This document shows, piece after piece, positions 20,855 through 30,398 of a stretch of 64,000 nt of DNA. The notes beneath the pieces were generated by a model. The model did no database searches, was not told where the DNA came from, and saw nothing but the letters and a program-made list of their open reading frames with translations. Numbering within the stretch: position 1 is the first letter of the stretch; each line of letters opens with the position of its first letter. This DNA is from Longimicrobiales bacterium (GTDB lineage: Bacteria; Gemmatimonadota; Gemmatimonadetes; Longimicrobiales; Gaopeijiaceae). The DNA lies in the NCBI GenBank assembly GCA_965249725.1, contig OZ252251.1:96001-160000 (forward strand). The letters are read 5' to 3'. The translations under genes were made by a program, and so were the position numbers.

Positions 20855-23800
20855 TTACGGATCCAGGGGCCGGGCGACCATGATGCCGTCCTGCCCTCCG
20901 ATGCGTTGAACGCGGTCCGCGAGAGGCAGCTCGCTCACCTCTACCGCCCCGTCCACAAGAGGAGCGTGGAGCAGATGCAGCTGCCCGTTCTTCCACAGGG
21001 CGATTCCGGTGTGAGCAACATCCAGTCCGGACACGGTACTCGTTGCGGCGATGACGTCTCCATCCTGGATCCGGTCAGCGACCTCGGCAATCCGGTCCTG
21101 GGGAACGTAGTGACGAGGCGTGCTGCTGAGTCGAGCCTCGATCTCCCGAAGGGCGGATAGGAACGCCGGATCCTCACCGAGTTGGCGGTAGGCGTCGGGA
21201 TGCGTGGTCATGAAGTCGATGGGCTCGTGGTCCGGGATACCTCCCAACTGGGGCGACAGGTGCCTTACCAACCCCCTGGCGTCCTTATCGCTGATCCACT
21301 CGCTGAAGTAGTGGAGCCGCGTGGGATACCCGTCGAGGCTCCCGTCTCGATAGCGGAGGTTCTGCAAGATGCCGGAGTAGTACGCCCGGTGCCGCACCGG
21401 GTCGTCGAGCATCGTCTCGGGAACGCTCCGGACGAAGCGGGCCAACGCAAGCGCGTTCTCGACGAACGTCACGCAGTCGAGCTCCTGGAGCTCGATGACT
21501 AGGCCCTCCTCCCCTTCGACTTCCAGCGTGTGGGGCGCATAAGGCGTTCCGACGAAACGCTCACCGATGCGAGCCACGATCTGGCCGATGGGCAGGGTGT
21601 CCAGTCCGTTCGCGTAGGCCCAGCGCGCCTGATCGCGCATGATGCCCCAGTCCTCCTCCGTGCCGGGGTGGGTGGTGGGACCCGGAGCCGTGACTCCAGC
21701 GGTCGTGCTCGGACCGACCGACTGATCCGTGGCGGATTCGGCGATCGAACCCACCGCTGCCTCGTCGTCCGACGCCGACCGGTCCGCCCTGCCGCACCCC
21801 GAGAGGCCCAGCCCGAGACACAGCAGCAGCCCGGCCACACCCGCCTCCCTGGCCCGCCGCAACGCCCGCCACACCCGCGGCGGACTGAACGGAAGCGAGT
21901 CCATCCGGACCCCCACCGCGTCATAGATCGCGTTGGCGATGGCGGGAATCGACGGATGGAGCGGCCCCTCCCCCGCCTCCTTGGCCCCGTACGGTCCTTC
22001 CGGATCGATCGACTCCACGATCAGCGACTCGAGCTCCGGCGTGTCGAGGCTCGTGGGGATCTTGTAGTCGAGGAGCGAGGGAGCATTATGCAGGCCGGCC
22101 CGTCCGTGGTCGGCGTCCTTGAAGATGTGCTCCTCCATGAGTGCCTCACCGAAGCCCATGTACGCGGAGCCCTCCATCTGACCCTCGACGAGTACGGGGT
22201 TGAGCGCCCGGCCGCAGTCATGTGCGACCCAGATCTTCCGCACGTCCACGAAGCCGGTCTCTACGTCCACGTCGACCTCTGCTACGTGGGCCGTGAACGA
22301 GTAGGCGGGTGACGCGCCGATCGTGCCGCCGCGGTACTCGCCGTGTACATCCTTGGGGGTGTTGTACGATCCCGTAGCGCCCAGCGCTCCGTACTTGGCC
22401 TCAGCCAGATTGAACGCCTCTCGGATGGGCATCTTCTGCTCGGTGTCTCCCGCGTAGAACGCCCAGCCTCCGGCGAGCAGCACCTCGCCCGACTTGCACT
22501 CCCAAGACTCGGCCACTGCGTTCTGCACGAGCTTCTTGAGCTTCCTGGCCCCGTCGATCGTGGCGTTGCCCAACATGAACGTCACCCGAGAAGAGTAGGC
22601 GCCCAGGTCCACCGGAGTGAAGTCGGTATCTCCCCGGTAGACCCTTACGTGTTCGAGAGGCACGCCCAGCTCTTCCGCCGCGATGTACGCCACCATCGAA
22701 TCGCAGCCCTGGCCGATCTCACTGGCCCCGCTGAACAGAGCCACCCGACCCGACCGGTCGATCTGGATCTGGATCGCGGACTGGGGCATCTCGTTGGGAT
22801 AGATCGGGTAGTTGGTGCCCGAGATGTACGTCGAGCCGGCCACGCCCAACCCTTGGCCGAAGGGCAGCTTTCCGTAGCGCTCCTTCCAGTCCGAAGCCCG
22901 CTCGACCGAATCCAGGCACTCCAGAAAGCCGTTCGACGTGACGCGGAGCTCGTTGACGGTCCGCGTATGCTCGCCGATGAAGTTCTTCCGTCGCAGCTCG
23001 ATCGGGTCCATCTCGAGCGCCCCCGCCATCTTGTCCAGCTGCACCTCGAACGCGAAGCGGGGCTGTACGGAACCGTGACCTCGCTTGGGTCCGCACGCCG
23101 GCTTGTTCGTGTAGACGCGCGTCGAGTCGAAGCGGTACGCGGGCATCTCATAGGGCGCGGTGAGGAGCTGGCCTGAGTAGTAGGTCGTGACCAGCCCGAA
23201 CGACGCATAGGCCCCTCCGTCCAGCACGATGTTCGCGTCCACGGACTGGAGCTTACCGTCCTTGGACGCGCCGGTGCGGTAATGCATGTGGAACGGATGG
23301 CGACCCCGGTGGGCGTAGAAGACCTCCTCGCGAGTGTAGAGGATCTTCACGGGCCGGCCGGTGATCATCGCAAGCTTCGCGACGCAGAACTCGAGGTCGA
23401 AGGGCTCGGACTTGCCGCCGAAGGCGCCCCCGACCAGGGGCTGAAGGACACGGACCTTGGCTGCGTCCACGTCGAGGACCCTCGCCAGTTCCCGGTGCAG
23501 GTAGTGCGGCACCTGAGTGGCCGACCACACGGTGAGCTTCCCATCGCCCTCGAAGTGCCCGATGGCGCAGTGGGGTTCGATGGGCGTGTGGGTGGTCCCC
23601 TCGAAGAAGTAGTCGTCCTCTACGACGACATCGGACGAGTCCATCAAGGCGTCGACCTCACCGAACTCCAACTTCACCTTCTTGGTGATGTTGCCGTTAT
23701 GCCCCTCCTTCTTGGGCTCGTGGATGAACGGGCCGTCGGACGCATCGAGGGACTGGTGCGGATCGAGATAGGCGGGAAGCTCCTCGTATTCCACCTTGAT

Positions 23801-24178
23801 CGCATCGAGCGCGCATAAGGCGGTGTCCTCGTCCACGGCCGCGACCGCCGCGACGCCGTCACCGATATACCGCACGCGCTCGACACACAGGGGCGACTCG
23901 TCGGGCGTCCAAGGGATGATGCCGTACTTCACCGGCATGTCCCGCCCCGTGATCACGGCCCGGACGCCCTCCATGGCCAACGCATCGCCCGCATCGATGG
24001 AGATGATCCGCGCGTGGGGGTGCGGGCTTCTGAGGATCTTCCCGTGCAGCATGCCCGGAAACGCTAGATCGTCCGTGTACACGGCCTGACCCGTCGACGT
24101 CGCCAGACCGTCGACCTTCCGTTGCGGTTTCCCTATTAACGTGAAGTCGGACTTCGACTTAGAAGAACGGAACGTCAT
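20855..24178 (-). CDS. hcrA: Molybdopterin subunit (HcrA-like) fused in frame to a lipoprotein DUF1460-like amidase domain
   Basis: RSPHPHA, GGAFGGK, KRGHG, GAYSSR, GQMEG, GAKEAGE; then LLLCLGLGLSGC, GTPY..TLE, DCVTFVE, RLHYFSEW, LDVAHTG, LLHA. Confidence 0.8.
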   Translation of the reverse strand: MTFRSSKSKSDFTLIGKPQRKVDGLATSTGQAVYTDDLAFPGMLHGKILRSPHPHARIISIDAGDALAMEGVRAVITGRDMPVKYGIIPWTPDESPLCVERVRYIGDGVAAVAAVDEDTALCALDAIKVEYEELPAYLDPHQSLDASDGPFIHEPKKEGHNGNITKKVKLEFGEVDALMDSSDVVVEDDYFFEGTTHTPIEPHCAIGHFEGDGKLTVWSATQVPHYLHRELARVLDVDAAKVRVLQPLVGGAFGGKSEPFDLEFCVAKLAMITGRPVKILYTREEVFYAHRGRHPFHMHYRTGASKDGKLQSVDANIVLDGGAYASFGLVTTYYSGQLLTAPYEMPAYRFDSTRVYTNKPACGPKRGHGSVQPRFAFEVQLDKMAGALEMDPIELRRKNFIGEHTRTVNELRVTSNGFLECLDSVERASDWKERYGKLPFGQGLGVAGSTYISGTNYPIYPNEMPQSAIQIQIDRSGRVALFSGASEIGQGCDSMVAYIAAEELGVPLEHVRVYRGDTDFTPVDLGAYSSRVTFMLGNATIDGARKLKKLVQNAVAESWECKSGEVLLAGGWAFYAGDTEQKMPIREAFNLAEAKYGALGATGSYNTPKDVHGEYRGGTIGASPAYSFTAHVAEVDVDVETGFVDVRKIWVAHDCGRALNPVLVEGQMEGSAYMGFGEALMEEHIFKDADHGRAGLHNAPSLLDYKIPTSLDTPELESLIVESIDPEGPYGAKEAGEGPLHPSIPAIANAIYDAVGVRMDSLPFSPPRVWRALRRAREAGVAGLLLCLGLGLSGCGRADRSASDDEAAVGSIAESATDQSVGPSTTAGVTAPGPTTHPGTEEDWGIMRDQARWAYANGLDTLPIGQIVARIGERFVGTPYAPHTLEVEGEEGLVIELQELDCVTFVENALALARFVRSVPETMLDDPVRHRAYYSGILQNLRYRDGSLDGYPTRLHYFSEWISDKDARGLVRHLSPQLGGIPDHEPIDFMTTHPDAYRQLGEDPAFLSALREIEARLSSTPRHYVPQDRIAEVADRIQDGDVIAATSTVSGLDVAHTGIALWKNGQLHLLHAPLVDGAVEVSELPLADRVQRIGGQDGIMVARPLDP

Positions 24179-24180
24179 CG

Positions 24181-24699
24181 CTAGAGGTCCCCCTCAGCGC
24201 TCGGGGCCGACGCACCGTTCGCGCCATTCAAGCGCTCCGCCGCCGCCTCGACGGCATCCAGTATCTTCGTGTATCCGGTGCACCGGCAGAGATTGCCCGC
24301 CAGGGCCTCTTTGACCTGTTCGCGGCTGGGCTCGGGCGTGCGCTCCAGAAGAGCCGCTGCCGAGCAGAGGATCCCCGGCGTACAGAAGCCGCACTGAGCC
24401 GCACCTTTCAGGTCGAACTCGTCCTGGAGCGGGTGCGGGCCCTCGGCAGTAGCAAGCCCCTCGACCGTGGTGACCTCACACCCCTCGGCCTCCCAGACCG
24501 GCGTGATGCACGCCAGCGTCGGCACCGAATCGATGAGGACCGTGCAAGCCCCGCAGTCGCCCTTGTCGCAGCCCTGCTTTGAGCCGGTCAGGCCCAGGGC
24601 GTAGCGGAGCGTCTCCAGCAACGTGAAGTGACTCGGGACGCCCCTAACATGGACGTCTCCGTTCACCTTCAGACGGACGATGTCGGTGCTGGTGGACAC
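24181..24699 (-). CDS. hcrC: 2x[2Fe-2S] subunit (HcrC/CoxS-like)
   Basis: GCDKGDCGACTV, QCGFCTPG, NLCRCTGY; GTG start after AGGAGG (start approximate). Confidence 0.82.
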   Translation of the reverse strand: MSTSTDIVRLKVNGDVHVRGVPSHFTLLETLRYALGLTGSKQGCDKGDCGACTVLIDSVPTLACITPVWEAEGCEVTTVEGLATAEGPHPLQDEFDLKGAAQCGFCTPGILCSAAALLERTPEPSREQVKEALAGNLCRCTGYTKILDAVEAAAERLNGANGASAPSAEGDL

Positions 24700-24889
24700 G
24701 CTGGACGCAGGCCCTCCTGGCGAGTTTGCCGTAGGAATCGACTCTACGGTGGGACGGGTAGTGCGGGGTTGCACGCACCGGACAAAGGTGACCTGTCGGG
24801 TATGGCCGAGCAAGCGGGAACACTTTCCTGAGAGTGAGGGGTATGCGAGGTCCGAGCCAGGAACCCGCCGTCCACAGGAGTCACAAAGA

Positions 24890-25306
24890 ATGCCCTATCC
24901 CGAGATGATGGTTGCGCCCATGCGCGAGGACTTTACGCGCGTCGGCTTCAAGGAGCTCAAGACGCCCGAAGAAGTAGACCAGGTTCTCAGCACCGAGAAG
25001 CGGACGACCGTCGTTGCCGTCAATTCGGTCTGCGGTTGTGCGGCCGGTGCGATGAGGCCGGCCGTCGTCCTCTCCCTGTCGCACGACAACGTTCCCGAGG
25101 TCCTCACCACGGTCTTCGCGGGTCAAGATCTCGAGGCGACGGACCGTGCGCGTGAGTACTTCACGGGCTACCCGCCGTCTTCACCCTCCGTCGCCTTGCT
25201 CAAGAACGGCGAAGTCGTGTACATGATGGAGCGCCACGAGATCGAGGGACGGCATCCGTACGAGATCGCCGAGAGTCTGAGGGCGGCGTACGACGAGCAC
25301 TGCTAG
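24890..25306 (+). CDS. BrxA/BrxB-family bacilliredoxin
   Basis: VAPMREDF, NSVCGCAAG.MRP, TVFAGQD.EAT..AR, PSSPS. Confidence 0.92.
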   Translation: MPYPEMMVAPMREDFTRVGFKELKTPEEVDQVLSTEKRTTVVAVNSVCGCAAGAMRPAVVLSLSHDNVPEVLTTVFAGQDLEATDRAREYFTGYPPSSPSVALLKNGEVVYMMERHEIEGRHPYEIAESLRAAYDEHC

Positions 25307-25344
25307 CCGAAACCAGTAGGATCCGACAGAGGACGGCGGGTGGG

Positions 25345-25370
25345 GCCGCCGGGAGACGACTCCCGGCGGC
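25345..25370. terminator. Hairpin between convergent genes
   Basis: GCCGCCGGGAG-ACGA-CTCCCGGCGGC, perfect 11-bp stem. Confidence 0.7.
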
Positions 25371-25392
25371 TTCGTCTATCCGGGAGGACTGA

Positions 25393-26088
25393 TCAGTCTT
25401 CCCTGGGCGGCGCCAACCTGGGTTGAAGCCCCTTCCGCTCCAGCTTCCGTCGCTTCTTGGCCTCCCTCGGAGTCTCCCCCGGGAGCCTCACCTCCACTCC
25501 GACACCCCCCATCATGGCGAACCCCTTGATGCGTAGCGTCGGGCGATCGGGACTGGTGTGGAGCGGCTGGTCGGTGTTGTGGTCGAAGCCGCCCATGAAG
25601 GCAAATCCACTCACCTCCACGTCCATCTCCGGAGGCACGATGATCTCGGCCCCGCCCATCAGGGTGAACACGTGCACTTCGGTGACGCCGGGACCGAGCA
25701 TGGCCTCACGGAAATCGAGGGAGAAGCCGCCCATGACTCCCACCGCGAAGTTGTTCCGCGCCGGAATCCAGCGCCCGGCCCGGCTGTTGCCGCCCATGAG
25801 GCTCACCATGTAGGCCCGTTCGGCCACCCGATCCGCTGGCACGACGACGGGAGCTCCGCCGCGGGCGGGAAGCACGGTGGAGGCGGTGGCGGGAAGATTC
25901 GTGGCCGGTAGGTCGACGAGGAGCTCGTTCAGCTCGGCCTCGGTGGCCGACTGGTTCGCAACGTCGAGGCGTCGCTCGAACTCCGACATCTCCAGCACGT
26001 CGTTCGCGAAATGCTCCATAAGGGTATCGACCGCACGCTGGCGCGCGACCTCGATCCCAACGGGTCGGACTCCCTTCCCGTCCGTCAT
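25393..26088 (-). CDS. DUF1707 (SHOCT-like) plus LiaF/DUF2154-like protein
   Basis: R.RAVD.L..HFA...L...EFERRL; MGGFSLDFREA, MGGAEIIVPP, MMGGVGV. Confidence 0.8.
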   Translation of the reverse strand: MTDGKGVRPVGIEVARQRAVDTLMEHFANDVLEMSEFERRLDVANQSATEAELNELLVDLPATNLPATASTVLPARGGAPVVVPADRVAERAYMVSLMGGNSRAGRWIPARNNFAVGVMGGFSLDFREAMLGPGVTEVHVFTLMGGAEIIVPPEMDVEVSGFAFMGGFDHNTDQPLHTSPDRPTLRIKGFAMMGGVGVEVRLPGETPREAKKRRKLERKGLQPRLAPPRED

Positions 26089-27278
26089 TCCCGAGCTCCG
26101 GCCATGAAGTCGCTCACGAACTGATGGAGCACATCGGCGCAGGCCGAGAGCTCCGATGCCTCGATCCATTCCTCGTCCGAGTGCGCCTGCCCGATGGAGC
26201 CCGGACCGAAGCACACAGCCGGCGTGCCTGCCTCATTGAGGAACGCCGCATCGACCCAGGCCGTCATCCCCTCGACGGAGGCCTCGACTCCCTGGACCGA
26301 ACAGGCCGCGATGAGGCCCTGTACGAGCGGGGAGTCCTCGGCAACCTCGGTCGCCGGACGGGTGAGTCCCTGGACCAACTCGGCGTCGAGCTCGGGAACC
26401 TCTCGGGCCAACCGATCCAGAACGGCCCCGAACTGCTCCATCACCTCGGCCGCCGTCTCCCCCGGTAGCGTCCGCCGCTCCAATACCAACTTGCAGTCGC
26501 TCGGGTACACGGAGGGCGCGGCACCACCACTTATGGTGCCTGCATGGAAAGACCCGTGCGCCAGAAGAGGATGCGGAGCCGCGGAGTTCAGCTTGGTCCT
26601 GAGCTCTCCCAGTCGCGTCAGGTAGCGCCCGGCGTGCTCGATGGCGTCGATGCCCGCCTCGGGCCTCGACCCGTGGGCCGCCCTGCCTCGGAAGAGCACG
26701 TCCACCCAAACGAACCCCTTGTGAGCCGGCATGATCGCGAGGCTCGTAGGCTCACAGACCACCGCTGCGTCGGCACGTACTCCCGATCGCACGACGGCGT
26801 CCATGCCCAGGCTCGCGTGCTCTTCGTCCGCGGTGAGCGCGACGATCAGGGCACCGGAAAGGGCGTCGCCCCTCGCCAATCTCGCGGTGGCGGCCAGGAG
26901 TGATGCCACCCCACCCTTCATGTCGCAGGAGCCCCGTCCCCACAACCGCCCGCCCCGCACCTCTGCCGCGAACGGTGGGACGGTCATTCCGGCCACGCCG
27001 ACGGTGTCGAGATGCCCGTTCAGGAGGACCGTGGGACCCGCATCGGGGTCGCCCAGCCGAGCCAGCACGTTCCACCTCCCGGGGGCCGCTTCGACAGTCT
27101 CCACCTCGAGCCCCCACTCGCGCAGCCACCCTGCCGCCAGATCGGCGATGGCCCCCTCGCCGGCGCCGCCCTCTTCGAGCACCGGGTTCACGGACGGGGT
27201 AGCGACGAGCGCCTGGGCGATCGCCAACGGGTCGCCCACCCCCGCCGCTTCCGAGTATGAACTCGAATCCAGCCTCAC
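26085..27278 (-). CDS. M20 ArgE/DapE-family deacylase
   Basis: NGHLDTV, GRGSCDMKGG, DEE, CEPT, AH. Confidence 0.9.
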   Translation of the reverse strand: MRLDSSSYSEAAGVGDPLAIAQALVATPSVNPVLEEGGAGEGAIADLAAGWLREWGLEVETVEAAPGRWNVLARLGDPDAGPTVLLNGHLDTVGVAGMTVPPFAAEVRGGRLWGRGSCDMKGGVASLLAATARLARGDALSGALIVALTADEEHASLGMDAVVRSGVRADAAVVCEPTSLAIMPAHKGFVWVDVLFRGRAAHGSRPEAGIDAIEHAGRYLTRLGELRTKLNSAAPHPLLAHGSFHAGTISGGAAPSVYPSDCKLVLERRTLPGETAAEVMEQFGAVLDRLAREVPELDAELVQGLTRPATEVAEDSPLVQGLIAACSVQGVEASVEGMTAWVDAAFLNEAGTPAVCFGPGSIGQAHSDEEWIEASELSACADVLHQFVSDFMAGARE

Positions 27279-27309
27279 CGTTCCAGCCTCACCGTTCTAG
27301 CCTCACCGT
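27271..27309. repeat. 14-bp tandem repeat AGCCTCACCGTTCY x~2.8 spanning the M20 start codon
   Basis: Copies at 27271-27284, 27285-27298, 27299-27309. Confidence 0.85.
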
Positions 27310-27608
27310 ATGGTCCCCCCCGTGTATCGAAGAGCTGTCGATCCGTCGATGCTACGTCCGCTGGGGCTCCGACCTTCGCAAGGGCCCGCCCTCGACGCCT
27401 CCAACAGACAGAAGCTACCGGCCTCCGAGAGAGTAGTGTAAGCCGCACCCCCGTGCCAACTCTTTTCAGCAACAGAGACGGATTTTCCGAGACTCCCCGC
27501 AAGTCGCCACCAGAATTCCGAAACGAATAAAGTGAAACGAATCGGGGAAGCGGGCGTATTCCACTGGTAGGCAAACACTTAAGGATGGCCGCTCGGCTTG
27601 GGGCCGCC

Positions 27609-27624
27609 AAGGCACGATTCCTGC
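27609..27624 (+). promoter_or_regulatory. Putative sigma-54 promoter
   Basis: AAGGCACGATTCCTGC = GG-N10-GC with GGCACG, 20 nt upstream of ATG 27645. Confidence 0.5.
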
Positions 27625-27644
27625 CTTACGTGGGGACGAGTGCA

Positions 27645-27842
27645 ATGGACAACGACGTACGACAGGGGGGCATCATTCGTAAGGTGACGCTGGGAATCCT
27701 CGGGGCCGCTGCCGCGGTGACGAGTCTAGTGCTGATTCGTCAGACGAAGCTCGAGACTCCCAAGGAAGTCCTCGACGTACCAGCGGGTGAGACCGTTCCG
27801 GGGAACATCTCCCTGGAGCGACTTCGCGAGCTCGGTATCTAA
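27645..27842 (+). CDS. Small single-TM hypothetical protein (65 aa)
   Basis: Hydrophobic stretch VTLGILGAAAAVTSLVLI; followed by a terminator. Confidence 0.6.
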   Translation: MDNDVRQGGIIRKVTLGILGAAAAVTSLVLIRQTKLETPKEVLDVPAGETVPGNISLERLRELGI

Positions 27843-27903
27843 GAACTCGCTTCCGGAATTCTCGCTCCGGTCGGGAAGGATCCTGACCAGGGGGCGTGAA
27901 GAA

Positions 27904-27940
27904 ACGGAGGGCGCATTCGCGTCTCTCCGTCTTTTTTTTT
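27904..27940 (+). terminator. Rho-independent terminator
   Basis: ACGGAGGGCGC...GCGTCTCTCCGT imperfect stem followed by T9. Confidence 0.7.
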
Positions 27941-27966
27941 CGAACTACTCGTCGGACTCGTTCAAG

Positions 27967-28203
27967 CTACTTGTCGAAGTGCGTCACGTTCTTCTCGATG
28001 TAGCTCGTCCACTCCGGAGGAACGTCGGTGTCCGGGAAGATTGCGGTCACAGGACACTCTGGCTCGCACGCACCGCAGTCGATGCATTCGTCCGGATGTA
28101 TGTAGTACATGTCCTCACCCTCGTAGATACAGTCGACGGGACATACCTCTACACAGCTCGCGTCTTTTGTCTCGATGCAAGGTTCGGCAATGATGTAGGT
28201 CAT
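27967..28203 (-). CDS. fdxA: FdxA-type 7Fe ferredoxin
   Basis: [36 protein letters not shown]. Confidence 0.93.
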   Translation of the reverse strand: MTYIIAEPCIETKDASCVEVCPVDCIYEGEDMYYIHPDECIDCGACEPECPVTAIFPDTDVPPEWTSYIEKNVTHFDK

Positions 28204-28306
28204 GGGTCGCCGTCTGTCTTGGCTGAAATGTGGACCTGTATCCAAGGGGTCCGGCCTGAAGCTGGCCCTGGGAGACCCATCACTTAGGCAAGAAAGGCGG
28301 GGGGCG

Positions 28307-28915
28307 TCAAGTAGCGTATTTCTGGCTGAAAGTACGGCAGCAGTGCGTGTACCTGCGCCCAAGCAGAGGGTGGGTGCGCTCGGCCAACCCGAGGTACACC
28401 GCCGAGCCCTCGATATGGGCGGCGCGGGCCGCGTCGAGATCTCCCCAGAGATGGGCGTGACGCAGATGGTCGAGACGCTCGGCCAGTGCGACGAGCACCA
28501 CCTGAGGCTCGCATGCCAGAAGGTCTTCGAGAAGGCGCTCGGACCCGGGCCTCGGCACGCTCTCCTTGAACCCGGCTACCTCACGCCCAACCCGCTGCCC
28601 GACCCGGTCCAGCACGTCCCCTCGGCGAGGTTCGAGTGCGGGCCGCTGCGTGTCCACCAGGCAGGACGCCGCCAGTGCAACGGGCTCGTTGAGGCCAACA
28701 TCGTCCAGGAGGATCACGGCCGTCCGGCCGGAATGCAGGTAGTCCGGATGATGGTCGTCCGAGATGGCCTCCAGCCGCGGGACCATGGACGCCCGAAAGC
28801 CCTGCTCGATCAGGGTCCGCCCCACCTCATCGACACCGTGCTTCAGGGCGGTGCGATCGATGCGGTCCAACATGCGCTCCCAGCGCGTCGGCACCGCGGG
28901 CGCCACTTCGCTCAC
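28307..28915 (-). CDS. Degenerate HD-fold protein (RelA/SpoT-hydrolase-like)
   Basis: YLH..RTA.IL and LAERLDHLR motifs; HD replaced by VD. Confidence 0.55.
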   Translation of the reverse strand: MSEVAPAVPTRWERMLDRIDRTALKHGVDEVGRTLIEQGFRASMVPRLEAISDDHHPDYLHSGRTAVILLDDVGLNEPVALAASCLVDTQRPALEPRRGDVLDRVGQRVGREVAGFKESVPRPGSERLLEDLLACEPQVVLVALAERLDHLRHAHLWGDLDAARAAHIEGSAVYLGLAERTHPLLGRRYTHCCRTFSQKYAT

Positions 28916-29754
28916 CCCTCACCCAGGTGCTTGGCGAAGTGCCGGACCGTCGCGTCGACGGCCTCGGAGAGCTGCGGGCTCGCGGCCTGGAAGGGGTGGC
29001 CAACCTCGAAGGTGTGACCGCTCTTCTCGACGAGGAGGAGCTTGGCCCTCCCGGAGACTCGGACGAGCTCCCGCGCCTCGGACTCGGCCACCGTCAGGTC
29101 GTGCCGCCCGTGGACGACGAGCCAGGGAGCTTCGACTTCGCTCGCAGCGTCGAGGACCTAGAGTTCGGACGCGTTCGCCTCGAAGTCCTCCAGGAGCGAC
29201 ACGTCGAGCGGCATCTGTTGACCCGTCCGGGTGTTCAGAATATGAACTCGCCCCGAGTCCCTCCACTCCTCCCTCGTCTCCTCCGTCCAGCGGTCATAAC
29301 GAGCCACCGCGGCCCACGTTACGAGCGCATCGACGTGAGGGTCACTTCGGGCGTGAAGGATGGCGGCTCCTCCACCCCGGCTGTGCCCAATGAGGCCGAT
29401 TCGTTCCGGGCGCCGAGAGACGAACTCCCCGCCCCTCACCGCTTCGACCAACCAGCGCAGATCATCCAGCTCCCGGCTGTAGGTATTGGCAGCGAAGCGC
29501 TCGAGCTCACTGAAGGAGTCGAGGTCGTCGCCCACTCCGTTCCGGGAGAAGTTGAAGGAAACGACCGTATGCCCAGCGATAGCGAGTTGCTCACACAGGT
29601 GCGGAAAGAAGCCCCAGTCCTTGTAGCCCTTGAACCCGTGGACGACCACCACCGCTGTCCGGGGCGCAGGGCCCTCGGCATAGCGGACGTCTCCTCGAAT
29701 GATCTCGCCTTCGTCGAGGTGTGGCGCGAGAGCCTCGAATCGGCGGTGGATCAC
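28912..29754 (-). pseudogene. Alpha/beta hydrolase with in-frame TAG at 29158-29160
   Basis: HGFKG.KDWGFF, GHSRGG (Ser); after the TAG the frame continues VHGRHDLTV (Asp) and GHTF (His) to TGA 28912-28914. Confidence 0.85.
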
Positions 29755-29755
29755 G

Positions 29756-30310
29756 TCAGTCCTTGATCCACCGGACGTCGGACTCTTCTCCGCGGAGGTT
29801 CTCCAGGCGGGCCCACGTAAAGAACAGATCAGAGAGTCGGTTCAGGTACTGGACTACCCCCGGCTCCACCTCTTCCGACCCGGCGAGCGCCACCACCGCT
29901 CGCTCGGCCCTGCGGCAAACCGTGCGACAGACGTGCAGGAGCGCCGCTCCTCGAGTGCCGCCCGGTAGGATGAAGTCCCGGAGTTCCTCGAGCTCGGCGG
30001 TGGCCTGATCGATCCACTCTTCCATCTCGGCGATACGGGCCGTCGGAACGTCGGGCCTGTCGGGCTCTGGACGAGTCCCATCCGGACGGGCCGTGGCCAG
30101 TATCGCACCCAGGGCGAAGAGATCGTGCTGAATCGCCTGCAGACCTTGCTGAACCCCTTCGTCCAACACGGTCGCCCCAGCCAGGCCTACGAACGAGTTG
30201 AGTTCGTCGACGGTCCCATAGGCCTCCACCCTGGGATGGCTCTTGGGCACACGACCTCCGCCGAACAGTCCGGTGTCCCCGTCGTCTCCCGTCTTGGTGT
30301 AGATCTTCAC
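29756..30310 (-). CDS. pduO: Cob(I)alamin adenosyltransferase, PduO type
   Basis: KIYTKTGD.G.T.L, GTVDELNS, FILPGG, RTVCRRAER, YLNRLSD. Confidence 0.92.
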   Translation of the reverse strand: MKIYTKTGDDGDTGLFGGGRVPKSHPRVEAYGTVDELNSFVGLAGATVLDEGVQQGLQAIQHDLFALGAILATARPDGTRPEPDRPDVPTARIAEMEEWIDQATAELEELRDFILPGGTRGAALLHVCRTVCRRAERAVVALAGSEEVEPGVVQYLNRLSDLFFTWARLENLRGEESDVRWIKD

Positions 30311-30398
30311 GTCGTTGGTCTCGCAATCGATGGCCCTACACCGCAAAGGAGCCATCCCTCGATAGTGGAATGCACTTAACTCGAAGTCGGACTGATAG

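Noticed and set aside
27444..27459. Minus-strand sigma-54 site TGGCACGGGGGTGC (similar case at 51339-51353)
   Set aside because: GG-GC spacing is 9 nt, not the required 10.
29158..29160. Genome-wide TAG recoding
   Set aside because: Many conserved genes (sufS, fadI, brx, fdxA) end correctly at TAG.
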